Part shown: positions 10,625 through 19,866 of the stretch, in pieces | Layout of the letters: each line of letters opens with the position of its first letter | Numbering within the stretch: the stretch's first letter is position 1 | From: a virus | Taxonomy: Duplodnaviria > Caudoviricetes | DNA: 64,000 nt | IMG/VR virus record: IMGVR_UViG_3300021387_000661 | Location: 192,001-256,000 of that record | Reading direction: 5' to 3' (one strand) | Notes under the pieces: generated by a model | Told to the model about the DNA's origin: nothing | The model's input: the letters and a program-made list of their open reading frames with translations, nothing else | The model's database searches: none | Program-made: the position numbers and the translations under genes

Positions 10625-11105
10625 ACTTTTCATTGATGACCTTGTAGAGAGGCTTGAACTTGAGTTGGATACTGTGACTGTCAATACACAGGATGAAGTG
10701 AGAAAGGCACTTGTTGAGACAAAGGAATGTGACAGGTTTCCAATGATTTCTTATGAACATACAGGAGATTCCATTTTTGAGGTGGAAATTTCTGAAAGTA
10801 AATTCTTGAATGATCTCTCCCATAATGGTACCTGGATTATGGGTACAAATGAAGATGAACTTATCTTTATACTTAATCTGAAAAGTAAAGGAAGTGCACT
10901 TGAGATTGATGCTTTTGAAATCCGGGATGAGTTGAGAGGACAAGGGTTGGGAACTAACATTGTATCTCTGATTGAATTTGTTGTAGAACAATATTATAAT
11001 TCCATTATTGTCAGTCCATTTGATACGGATGCAATGAACTTCTGGGAGCATATGGGATATGTTGAAGATATGAGTGGAAATTGGATAAAATCATTATTAG
11101 ATTAA
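10617..11105 (+). CDS. GNAT family acetyltransferase
   Basis: LRGQGLGT acetyl-CoA motif and AMNFWEHMGY; start re-placed at 10617. Confidence 0.75.
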   Translation: MNKLFIDDLVERLELELDTVTVNTQDEVRKALVETKECDRFPMISYEHTGDSIFEVEISESKFLNDLSHNGTWIMGTNEDELIFILNLKSKGSALEIDAFEIRDELRGQGLGTNIVSLIEFVVEQYYNSIIVSPFDTDAMNFWEHMGYVEDMSGNWIKSLLD

Positions 11106-11106
11106 T

Positions 11107-11325
11107 ATGTACATTTTAGTAAATAGATACAAAATGATTCTTGGTCTTTTTACAGATAAGGATTGGTTAAACAAAGCAATTGAGACTGTCCGGAAAAATG
11201 AACCAGAATGTATCCTTTATTATAAAGAAGTTGAGGTTAACTCATTCAATACAGTCTTGCCAAACTTCTGGACAATACATCCTGAAAGATTAATTCAAAT
11301 TGATAGAAAAAAAGATTATGTGTGA
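11107..11325 (+). CDS. Hypothetical protein
   Basis: ORF track; tight operon packing. Confidence 0.6.
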   Translation: MYILVNRYKMILGLFTDKDWLNKAIETVRKNEPECILYYKEVEVNSFNTVLPNFWTIHPERLIQIDRKKDYV

Positions 11326-11693
11326 TGATTTACACGGGTTATTATTCAAAGATAAAGGAGTATACTAATGCAGGACTGAAACTCTTGAGTATATCCAGGA
11401 CCAAACCTGGATTTGTCAAGAACTGTATTGATGTACCTCCTTTGTTTCCTGATGAAAAAATTCTTTGGGGTTACAAGAAGGGAGACATTGATGAGATGGA
11501 ATATACCAGTAAATATCTTGAACAACTTGAGAATATTGGTATCGACAAGATATTGAAGACCATAGAAATATTTGGTGATGATGTGGTTCTACTATGCTGG
11601 GAATCACCTGAAAAGTTTTGTCATAGACATATATTGGCAGATTATATTAATAAACATAGTAAATTAAAAATAAAAGAATATGACAAATTTTGA
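11325..11693 (+). CDS. DUF488-like protein
   Basis: IYTGYYS start and LLCWExPxxFCHRHILA motif. Confidence 0.75.
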   Translation: MIYTGYYSKIKEYTNAGLKLLSISRTKPGFVKNCIDVPPLFPDEKILWGYKKGDIDEMEYTSKYLEQLENIGIDKILKTIEIFGDDVVLLCWESPEKFCHRHILADYINKHSKLKIKEYDKF

Positions 11694-11925
11694 AGTTGAT
11701 TTTAACTTTTTCAAACTTGGATTTTGGTCAACAGTTATACTTGGTATCGCGCAACTTGCCGGGTGGATTAATATCAGTGTGTGGTTGATATTTTTACCTT
11801 TGATAGTCACTGTTGGTTGGTATTTTATCATTATCTTCCTCATTGGACTTATAACTCTTTATTTTGTTGATAAAGAACTGAATAAGAATGATAAAGACAG
11901 TGAAAAAGAAGAAACTATTGAATAG
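11680..11925 (+). CDS. Small membrane protein
   Basis: Two hydrophobic segments. Confidence 0.65.
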   Translation: MTNFEVDFNFFKLGFWSTVILGIAQLAGWINISVWLIFLPLIVTVGWYFIIIFLIGLITLYFVDKELNKNDKDSEKEETIE

Positions 11926-11963
11926 TACCCATAAATATCTTTATACAATTAAATATAATTGAT

Positions 11964-12293
11964 ATGATTATTCGTGAATTGATAAATAAATTAGAATCTG
12001 AGAAAAATCAACTTCTTGCAGAAAACAAAGTTTTGAAGGAAGAGAATGCTGAATTGAAAAGAATCAACAAGAAACTTGTTGATGATCTAAATTCTCACAT
12101 AAAAGCAGATTCTGGCATAGTTGAAGATAAACCAAATATTGATGGTGTATTGTCAAACATAGTTGCTTCTGCAATTGAACCCGATGATGTACAGAAAAGA
12201 GGTATTCCTGTTGATGATGAGACTGAAGAACCAAAACCAAAAAAGAGCAGAAGGAAGAAGACTGATGTTGATGAAGTTATTAATTTAATATAA
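11964..12293 (+). CDS. Hypothetical coiled-coil protein
   Basis: ORF track. Confidence 0.65.
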   Translation: MIIRELINKLESEKNQLLAENKVLKEENAELKRINKKLVDDLNSHIKADSGIVEDKPNIDGVLSNIVASAIEPDDVQKRGIPVDDETEEPKPKKSRRKKTDVDEVINLI

Positions 12294-12299
12294 TAATAT

Positions 12300-13178
12300 A
12301 TGGGAAATATTTTAAATCTTGCTCTCAAAAAGGAAGTGTTTGAGAGCTTACAGAATGGAAGAACCAATGAAATCATCATAGATGGTAGCAGATGGTGGAA
12401 AAAAAGACTGATGGATCTTGACACTGGAAAGTTCAAGGATTTTTCAATTGCTTGTGTATCAAGTGGTAGTTCTGATAAAGTAGAATATGAAATTGAGAAT
12501 ATTGAGCAACGGGGAAGAGATTTTGTGGTTACAGTAAATGTAAAGCATGATGAAGATGAACAACCTTGTATTGACAATGATGATTCTGATTATGATGGTT
12601 CAGAGTTGGAAATTACTTATCAAGAGGATACTGTTCCCCCAGTTGATAATGATCAGCAATTAGAACCAGTTAATGTAAATCCTGTTACAATTGAGACTGG
12701 TGAAGATGGGGAGGTTATAGTTAAACAGACTTATGTAAAACCTATGACTTCTGTTACACAGAGTGTCGAGACACTTCCAGATCAACCTGAAGATAATTCT
12801 TCAGATGATATTAAAAGTATCAAGGATACTATCAGGAATCTTATTGATGGGTTCTGTGAGTTGAAGGATGTGTATGTGGTGAATATGGATAGTGTCACAA
12901 TCAGGAACAATGGTCAGGTCTTTGGTTGTAAAAAGAGACTCATCGCAGATCGTGATTCTGATGTGAAGTTTAATTTTGTCAAAAAAGAGTTTATCAAATA
13001 TCCTAATACTCTTAATTCCGCCTTTACTTTACAAGTATTGTATTATTTGAATAATATGTTGAAAAACAACTATGTGTTTATCAATAAAAATGCCTGTAAA
13101 TTCAGGGAAGAAGATTCTGGAAACATTATTTTGACAATAGTTGCAGTTGGAAAACGAAAATATTTCTTTGCAAAGTAA
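12300..13178 (+). CDS. Hypothetical protein, possible N-terminal ASCH/PUA-like domain
   Basis: LNLALKKEVFESLQNG...WWKKRL pattern; acidic linker. Confidence 0.6.
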   Translation: MGNILNLALKKEVFESLQNGRTNEIIIDGSRWWKKRLMDLDTGKFKDFSIACVSSGSSDKVEYEIENIEQRGRDFVVTVNVKHDEDEQPCIDNDDSDYDGSELEITYQEDTVPPVDNDQQLEPVNVNPVTIETGEDGEVIVKQTYVKPMTSVTQSVETLPDQPEDNSSDDIKSIKDTIRNLIDGFCELKDVYVVNMDSVTIRNNGQVFGCKKRLIADRDSDVKFNFVKKEFIKYPNTLNSAFTLQVLYYLNNMLKNNYVFINKNACKFREEDSGNIILTIVAVGKRKYFFAK

Positions 13179-13243
13179 AGAGAGTGATTAAGTCACTCTC
13201 TTTTTTGTTATATTTAGTATGGTAAATTCTTAAAATTAGATAT

Positions 13244-13903
13244 ATGACAGATTTTGAAAAATTCGCAAGAGAAAAGAAAGTGTCTTCTATGACACTTGGA
13301 GGTTACACATCAAAGTTCAATGCCGGATATATCAATCCGACTATTCTTGAAGAAAGAAAAATGAATGTTACACAAATGGATGTGTTTTCAAGATTGATGC
13401 AGGATAGGATTATCTTCCTTGGTACAGAGATTGATTCAGATGTGGCAAATATCATCAATGCACAGCTTCTTTGGTTGAACAGTATGGGTGATGAGGAAAT
13501 CACTATGATGATTAACTCTCCAGGTGGTGTATGTTATGATGGTCTTGCTATTGTAGATACTATGAACTATCTTTCTTCACCTGTCACCACCCAATGTGTT
13601 GGTATGGCTGCATCTATGGGTGCAGTCATCCTCTCTGCCGGTGAGAAAGGACACCGTTTTGCACTCCCACATTCAAGGGTTATGATTCATCAACCACTTG
13701 GAGGTGCAAGAGGTCAGGCTACAGATATCCTCATTGAAGCAGAACAGATTAAAATTTTGAAGGATGAACTGTGTGGTATTATTGCAGTTAATTCAGGTCA
13801 ACCTCTTGAGAAGGTTCTTGAGGACTGTGAGAGGGATCACTGGATGATTGCCCAGGAAGCAAAGGAGTATGGTATTATTGATGATATAATTACAAAGAAG
13901 TAG
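13244..13903 (+). CDS. clpP: ATP-dependent Clp protease proteolytic subunit
   Basis: DVFSRLMQDRIIFLG, INSPGG, AASMGA (catalytic Ser), MIHQPLGG. Confidence 0.97.
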   Translation: MTDFEKFAREKKVSSMTLGGYTSKFNAGYINPTILEERKMNVTQMDVFSRLMQDRIIFLGTEIDSDVANIINAQLLWLNSMGDEEITMMINSPGGVCYDGLAIVDTMNYLSSPVTTQCVGMAASMGAVILSAGEKGHRFALPHSRVMIHQPLGGARGQATDILIEAEQIKILKDELCGIIAVNSGQPLEKVLEDCERDHWMIAQEAKEYGIIDDIITKK

Positions 13904-13906
13904 AAT

Positions 13907-14188
13907 ATGAAACAAGTTTACAAAAAGAAACCAGAATATCTGGATGTTGTTTTTGTTGCAGATGACACACAGAGTATAAAGGATGTGTTTGAAGTTGCTG
14001 GTGTAACGTCTGCACCTGTTACATTTGATGAAAATGGTGAGAGGATTATAACTCTTGATGGTGATCAGAAAGTAGCAATTAACAATGTCATTTTTAAGGA
14101 TAAAAAGAGTGGTAAACTTGTGGTTATGCCACAAGAAAAACTTTTACAATTCTATGATTTATATGATGATGAAAAAATGGAGGAATAA
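13907..14188 (+). CDS. Hypothetical protein
   Basis: ORF track. Confidence 0.65.
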   Translation: MKQVYKKKPEYLDVVFVADDTQSIKDVFEVAGVTSAPVTFDENGERIITLDGDQKVAINNVIFKDKKSGKLVVMPQEKLLQFYDLYDDEKMEE

Positions 14189-14190
14189 TT

Positions 14191-14448
14191 ATGGGAAAGA
14201 ATGATTATAAAGTAAATAGAGATCAGTATACTGTATCAACCACACAAGATACCATTGAAGAAAAGAAGTGGTCTGTTGAAGATATATATTCATCAGAGTT
14301 CACTGTTGATTCTCTTGTCAAGACTCTTGAGGTGATAGATATATTCAAGAGAAAGTATCCTAATGATGAAACCATTCAGGATTTTGAAGAGATTGTCAGG
14401 GATGAGATTTGCCAGTTGTTTGGTGGAACTGTATTAGATGCTAGTTAA
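14191..14448 (+). CDS. Hypothetical protein
   Basis: ORF track. Confidence 0.6.
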   Translation: MGKNDYKVNRDQYTVSTTQDTIEEKKWSVEDIYSSEFTVDSLVKTLEVIDIFKRKYPNDETIQDFEEIVRDEICQLFGGTVLDAS

Positions 14449-14449
14449 T

Positions 14450-15004
14450 ATGAAAGTGAATGTGGTCACTGCACCTGAACACAGGTATTTCCCAAGGAAT
14501 TCATTGAAGGTCTTCCTTGCTGGTGGTATATGTAAGTGCATTCAATGGCAGAAAATGGTCATTGATGAGTTTACAAAAGATGATAATGAAATCAGTATTG
14601 ATAATTCCACATATGATGGACTTTATCTTCTCAATCCCAGAAGAACTGACTGGATTGAAGAACCTGGTGCTGCTGAAAGACAGATTGAGTGGGAGTTTGA
14701 TATGATTGAAAGGTGTGACGTATTCACAATGTATTTTGCTGGAGGTGAGTCTGATCAGCCAATCTGTATGTATGAATTGGGTAGGAATCTCTTGAGGATG
14801 CAGTATGAATATCCTACAACTTGGAAAGAAAGAATTGTCATTACTTGTGATAATAGTTATAAGAGGTTAAATGATGTACTTGTACAGACCAGACTTGCAA
14901 CAGATGGTCAGATAAAAGTTAATGTTGTAGAGGGTGCTGAACAATCAGTACAGGTACATGCAGAAGAAATTAAAAAATCATTAAGGTATATTTATAATGA
15001 GTAA
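14450..15004 (+). CDS. Nucleoside 2-deoxyribosyltransferase-like protein
   Basis: VFLAGGI...WQ, LNPRR, QIEWE, PICMYELG motifs. Confidence 0.8.
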   Translation: MKVNVVTAPEHRYFPRNSLKVFLAGGICKCIQWQKMVIDEFTKDDNEISIDNSTYDGLYLLNPRRTDWIEEPGAAERQIEWEFDMIERCDVFTMYFAGGESDQPICMYELGRNLLRMQYEYPTTWKERIVITCDNSYKRLNDVLVQTRLATDGQIKVNVVEGAEQSVQVHAEEIKKSLRYIYNE

Positions 15005-16124
15005 AGGAGTTATTTCAAGGGGTATATCTGCCCCAATGATCAAAGAAGGTGATGATTTGGTGAATATTGTTGTCAAGTCTGTCATTGATGAGGTGAAAGA
15101 TGTGAAGAGCATCAATGTTCCTTATTACATTGATGGAGTAAGGACATATAAGACTTTAGAAAATGTAACTTATGATATCAATAACAAAGATATCATTGGT
15201 ATCACAGAATCTGTCATTGCAAGGTCAATGGGACAGTATATCTCTGTTGATGATATTGCAGAATGGGTTATTAAGAAGTTTGGTCCTGCTGCTGAACTCA
15301 TTGTTGATTCTCCTATTTATTCCAGGAATAGGTTTTCAATGATTCTTAAGGGTATTGCCAGGGCGGCAAAAAAGATTTATTTCATTATGCCGCCATTTGA
15401 TGAGGTTGGTAATCCTTCTGGTGTAAATCCATTCACAGGTGTTGATATACAGAAATATTATGCAGAGATTTGTGCAGGTGAAAAATGTGAGTCTGAATTT
15501 GGTGAATCATTATATGATGTAACAAAGGACATCAGTGATTATGACATTGATAATTATGGTTGGATTTATTGTGGTCTCCATGATTACAATGAATGGAAGG
15601 AAAAACATAGAGGTAAAATTGCAACCCTTGCAGATGTATGTAAAGAATTCAGTCCAGACTGGGGAGTTCTTGGTACCAATAAATCTACAGAAGAGAGATT
15701 GAAACTCTTCCCTTCAAAGATTGTTGCACAGAAGGTATGTGATGAGGTGAAAGCACAAATTAAGAAGATTACAGGAAAGGATGTGATTGTATGTACATAT
15801 GGTGATGGTTGTTTCAAAGACCCTGTTGGTGGTATTTGGGAATTTGCAGATCCTGTTTCTATGCCGGCATATACAGACAAGGAACTCATAGAATCTACAC
15901 CAAATGAAATTAAACTTAAGGCATTTATTGATGGTGGTATGAGTGAAGAAAGTATTCAAAAACTTATTGACCAAAAAAATAAAGACCTTGTTGGTTCTAT
16001 GTCTTCTCAGGGTACAACTCCAAGATTATATAGAGATTTACTTGCTTCTTTGATGGACTTGACCTCTGGATCTGGTGACAGGGCAACACCTATTGTATTG
16101 ATACAGAATTATTTTAGAAATTAA
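14997..16124 (+). CDS. F420-0:gamma-glutamyl ligase (CofE-like) family protein
   Basis: SRGIxAPxIKEGDDL, ITESVIAR, YGDGCFKDP, DLTSGSGD..TPIVLIQNYF. Confidence 0.8.
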   Translation: MSKGVISRGISAPMIKEGDDLVNIVVKSVIDEVKDVKSINVPYYIDGVRTYKTLENVTYDINNKDIIGITESVIARSMGQYISVDDIAEWVIKKFGPAAELIVDSPIYSRNRFSMILKGIARAAKKIYFIMPPFDEVGNPSGVNPFTGVDIQKYYAEICAGEKCESEFGESLYDVTKDISDYDIDNYGWIYCGLHDYNEWKEKHRGKIATLADVCKEFSPDWGVLGTNKSTEERLKLFPSKIVAQKVCDEVKAQIKKITGKDVIVCTYGDGCFKDPVGGIWEFADPVSMPAYTDKELIESTPNEIKLKAFIDGGMSEESIQKLIDQKNKDLVGSMSSQGTTPRLYRDLLASLMDLTSGSGDRATPIVLIQNYFRN

Positions 16125-16125
16125 T

Positions 16126-16536
16126 ATGGAAGACAAACTCAATTTGAAAGAAGGTGGAATCTGGATTATGGATTCTATCGAGAATGACCTGAAAAGGATT
16201 TATGACCATTACAGGGCAGTGGTCAATGAGAATGAGTATCTCAGGAAAGAGAATGAGAGACTCAAGTCTGAAACATACAAGGATGAAGAACTCTCCAATA
16301 TGAAGGAGAAGTATGATCAGATGAGTAAGGATTATTATAGAGGATTTCCTATATCTGAAAAAGAAAACAAAAAAATCAATGAGTGGATTGAAAAACAGAT
16401 GAAGAAAGTTCCAGGTATTGGTGGCACATCTGGTGGAAGATTTACATATCAGTTCACACCTACTGGGTTGGGTACAGCAGGAATAATCATAGATGGATTT
16501 ACAGGTGATAAATTCACATTTCAAGAACTTGGATAA
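16126..16536 (+). CDS. Hypothetical protein
   Basis: ORF track; GGRFTYQFTPTGLG motif. Confidence 0.7.
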   Translation: MEDKLNLKEGGIWIMDSIENDLKRIYDHYRAVVNENEYLRKENERLKSETYKDEELSNMKEKYDQMSKDYYRGFPISEKENKKINEWIEKQMKKVPGIGGTSGGRFTYQFTPTGLGTAGIIIDGFTGDKFTFQELG

Positions 16537-16538
16537 TT

Positions 16539-17249
16539 ATGAAAAAGAAATCAACAGAAAGAGAACACTGTTCATTGTTTGAAGAGATGTTGATGTGGAC
16601 TTCCTATAGGTATTGTATAGGAAGACACACCTATGTTACTTCATTGGCGGGTGAGATTGCACAGCATTATTACAACAGATTGTCTGATGAAAGGATGGAA
16701 TTTACGGCGGCAGATATTCGCAGGGAGATTATGGACAAACTACAATTGCTTCCATTTGAGTTCAGGATTCAGAGATGGTATGAAGTAGATGCATATAATC
16801 CAATTGATGTACTAATGTCCTTCCTTGAAAAGTATGACATCAATACATATGATGAGTTCATCAAAATTAACAAGTTGGAATATGATGTAAACCATGATGT
16901 TTTCACCTTTGAGAAGAAAGAACCAACTTTCAAATCTTATTTTAATTCATCAGACATTGATGATCTCATTCCTTGGGAAACACTTGCTGCTTGTTTTGAC
17001 AAGAAGAACCATAAAATTATCACCACTGAATATGATGGAAAGATTAATACTTATGAATGTTTCAAGACCTGGGTGAGAAAATCTGTTCCTTGTGAAGACA
17101 AACCTGGTTATTATAGACAGGCAGAGTTTGGGTGGGAGCCAAGATGGATTGTTGTTGATGAGTACCTAAAAACAGGAAATATCTATAAAACCCTCAATGA
17201 AAAATTTATAACAAAAATTGAAGATATAAAAGAAAAAGAGGAGATTTAA
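16539..17249 (+). CDS. Hypothetical protein
   Basis: ORF track. Confidence 0.7.
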   Translation: MKKKSTEREHCSLFEEMLMWTSYRYCIGRHTYVTSLAGEIAQHYYNRLSDERMEFTAADIRREIMDKLQLLPFEFRIQRWYEVDAYNPIDVLMSFLEKYDINTYDEFIKINKLEYDVNHDVFTFEKKEPTFKSYFNSSDIDDLIPWETLAACFDKKNHKIITTEYDGKINTYECFKTWVRKSVPCEDKPGYYRQAEFGWEPRWIVVDEYLKTGNIYKTLNEKFITKIEDIKEKEEI

Positions 17250-17263
17250 TCTCCTCTTTTTTG

Positions 17264-18043
17264 TTACCACTGGAATAACTTTGGTGTATATGTATAACCA
17301 ATTGTTATACCCACTCCAACTGTAGGTACAAACTTCCGGTTGATAAAGTCATAACTGAAACTGAAATTAGGTCCGACTGCAATACCAATACCATTACTCT
17401 TCCTCATATCCCTTTCATATTTCTTACTTGGTTCTGCAACTATACCAAGACCTGAATTGAATGTGAGTCCGGGATAATCAGATCTTAAACGGATATATGT
17501 CTCACTTGTTTTTGTATTTCTTTCCAACCATCCCTCAACAAAGATATTTTGATTAAGTGCAAAGGTTGCATCACCTGTGAATAATTTATTTTCGTTCACA
17601 TTATATGGGATGTTCACAGAAAATGAACGGCTTGAACGTCCAAACAAATCATTTCTTTCAAATCTAATTGAACCACCTTCTACCTGTGCATCAACTTCTT
17701 TCACAATAATGGTTTCAACTGTTACTGTGTCTTTTATGTTAAGATGTGTATTGATATAAGAAACATATTCACTGTTCTTTTTCTTAAGAAGACCAATACT
17801 GTCTCTCAATTCTTGTTGTGTGAGTTGATATGCATGTTTTTCTGCATTTACCCTTCCAAGTTCATCCTTATAATTTGTAATTTGTTCTGTGAGTGCAATT
17901 CTGTTATTCTCCTGCCTACTGATTTCATCATTCCTTTTACTGATTGTAGTATGTTGTGCAGATATAATGATACCCATAATAACAATAACACCTATAAGCA
18001 GCCAAGTCTTATACTTTTTCAAAAACTCTAAAACCTTCTTCAT
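17264..18043 (-). CDS. Membrane-anchored coiled-coil protein (possible spanin-like lysis accessory)
   Basis: N-terminal TM helix, coiled coil, beta-rich C-terminus; CATAAATA upstream. Confidence 0.55.
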   Translation of the reverse strand: MKKVLEFLKKYKTWLLIGVIVIMGIIISAQHTTISKRNDEISRQENNRIALTEQITNYKDELGRVNAEKHAYQLTQQELRDSIGLLKKKNSEYVSYINTHLNIKDTVTVETIIVKEVDAQVEGGSIRFERNDLFGRSSRSFSVNIPYNVNENKLFTGDATFALNQNIFVEGWLERNTKTSETYIRLRSDYPGLTFNSGLGIVAEPSKKYERDMRKSNGIGIAVGPNFSFSYDFINRKFVPTVGVGITIGYTYTPKLFQW

Positions 18044-18085
18044 TAGTTTGTTATATTTAAGATGTATAAAATATTTATGATAAAA

Positions 18086-18117
18086 TTTGGATTTGTCATA
18101 AAAATGTATTATATTTG
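18086..18117 (+). promoter_or_regulatory. Bacteroidota sigmaA-type promoter (-33 TTTG, -7 TAnnTTTG)
   Basis: TTTG-N20-TATATTTG; the same arrangement recurs at 21292, 43577 and elsewhere. Confidence 0.75.
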
Positions 18118-18140
18118 TGACAGAAATAAAAGATAAAAGT

Positions 18141-18623
18141 ATGGAGATAATTGTACCAATTGGAATTTCAGGGTCTGGAAAGAGCAGACTTTATAATATG
18201 AGATACAGTGACCTTACACTTGTATCCCCTGACCTTATCCGCAAGGAACTCACTGGAAATATAAGTGACCAGAAGAAAAACAAAGAAGTATTTGAAGAGG
18301 TGGACAGAAGGGTGGCAAATCTGGTAAAGAAGGGTGAGTCATTCTTCTATGATGCAACCAATGTCAATCCTGAATTCAGGAAGAAGTTTGTTGAGCAGTT
18401 CAGAGGAACAGATGTGAAAGTCATCTATGTTGTCCTGCCAGCAGATATGCAAGTATCTTATATGAGAATCAAGCAGGATTTGAAAAACAAGGTTGACAGA
18501 AGTAAAGTACCTTTTGAAGTTCTTATCAGGCAGAAGGGATTCTACAACAAATCTCTCGAATCAAACTTTGAAGGAGAGAATGTACAGGAAATCATTTACA
18601 TTAAAGAAGGAGAATTGGATTAG
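18141..18623 (+). CDS. Polynucleotide kinase-like P-loop kinase (AAA_33)
   Basis: GISGSGKS Walker A, SPDLIR, DATN. Confidence 0.85.
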   Translation: MEIIVPIGISGSGKSRLYNMRYSDLTLVSPDLIRKELTGNISDQKKNKEVFEEVDRRVANLVKKGESFFYDATNVNPEFRKKFVEQFRGTDVKVIYVVLPADMQVSYMRIKQDLKNKVDRSKVPFEVLIRQKGFYNKSLESNFEGENVQEIIYIKEGELD

Positions 18624-18624
18624 T

Positions 18625-18885
18625 ATGAAAAAGATTTTGATATTTATTATTGGACTTATTCTTTTCTGTTCTTGTGATCAAAAGACACCACAACAGAAAG
18701 AAAGGGCAAGGTATGAATATATAAGTAGAGATTGTCAAGGCAGTGCTGAATTATTTGAATTGACATTTCCCAATGAATATGGTGAAAAAAGAACACATCA
18801 GTTTATTATAGTACATTTTTCAGACAATATGAATGGTATTGCTCACTGGCCTGACTGCAAGTATTGTAAAGAAAGAGGATTGTAA
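18625..18885 (+). CDS. Putative lipoprotein
   Basis: MKKILIFIIGLILFCSC signal peptide. Confidence 0.65.
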   Translation: MKKILIFIIGLILFCSCDQKTPQQKERARYEYISRDCQGSAELFELTFPNEYGEKRTHQFIIVHFSDNMNGIAHWPDCKYCKERGL

Positions 18886-18887
18886 TT

Positions 18888-19475
18888 ATGTACACATTAC
18901 AAATAGAAGATCCAGATAAGTTGTTTATGACCTCAGACAGTCACTTCAATCATTTCAACATCTGCAAATACTGTCACCGTCCATTCACATCAAGAAGTGA
19001 GATGGATCAGACACTCATCAAGAACTGGAATGAGGTTGTTCCTGAAGATGGTATTGTTGTCCACTGTGGAGACTTTATGCTTCCACATAATATGGGTACA
19101 AAAGAATATGAGAAATTCTGGAAAAAACTCAACTTCAAAACTCTATTACATTTGAGAGGAAACCATGACAGAATAGAATGTGGAGATTATGAATTTGAAG
19201 GTAAGACTATTATTGTAAGAGATGTTGCAATGATAGTTGTTGATGGTGTAAAGATTTATGCCCAACATTATCCTTGTGCAGCCTTCAATGGAGACTATCA
19301 TATATATGGTCATGTACATACCCTTTCTGATGGAATCTGTTATGGTATTGATGGTGATGTGAAGAAGGTTATGAAGAGAACCACTTATGATGTTGGTGTT
19401 GACCAGAACAATTATACACCTGTCTCATATTGGCAACTCTGTGACATTATCAGGAAGCAATTGAGTGAAAAATAA
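18888..19475 (+). CDS. Calcineurin-like metallophosphoesterase
   Basis: SDSH, GD, GNHD, GHVH, DVGVD motifs. Confidence 0.9.
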   Translation: MYTLQIEDPDKLFMTSDSHFNHFNICKYCHRPFTSRSEMDQTLIKNWNEVVPEDGIVVHCGDFMLPHNMGTKEYEKFWKKLNFKTLLHLRGNHDRIECGDYEFEGKTIIVRDVAMIVVDGVKIYAQHYPCAAFNGDYHIYGHVHTLSDGICYGIDGDVKKVMKRTTYDVGVDQNNYTPVSYWQLCDIIRKQLSEK

Positions 19476-19476
19476 T

Positions 19477-19656
19477 ATGGTAATTAAGTTTGAAGACATA
19501 ACTGATCAACAGTGTGCAGACATCATTGCTCATTTTGTTAAGAGGAAAAATGCAAATGAGATAATCATCCATACAAAGACAGAGGATATTGTGATAAAAA
19601 AGCAACCAAGGGTTGATGATTATTTTGATGTTATGCCTCCTATTGTTATAATATAG
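19477..19656 (+). CDS. Hypothetical protein
   Basis: Short ORF in operon. Confidence 0.5.
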   Translation: MVIKFEDITDQQCADIIAHFVKRKNANEIIIHTKTEDIVIKKQPRVDDYFDVMPPIVII

Positions 19657-19766
19657 TGTACCAATGAAAAAGGGTTAGTAGTAGTGTCCTGAAGTCAGTA
19701 ACCCTGAGATAATATCAAAATCAACGGTAAGACGTAGATGAGCTGTAGTCAGGACTTTGGTACACT
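19655..19766 (+). ncRNA. Candidate pseudoknotted ncRNA
   Basis: AGTGTACCAA/TTGGTACACT closing stem with interleaved AGGGTTA/TAACCCT and GTCCTGA/TCAGGAC. Confidence 0.5.
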
Positions 19767-19866
19767 TTTGTTATATTTAATATAAGTTTGTCCATTCTTT
19801 CAAAATGGACTGGTGTGGGAAAGATTTGAACTCGAAAAATTATTAACAATCAAATCCCTAAAAATT

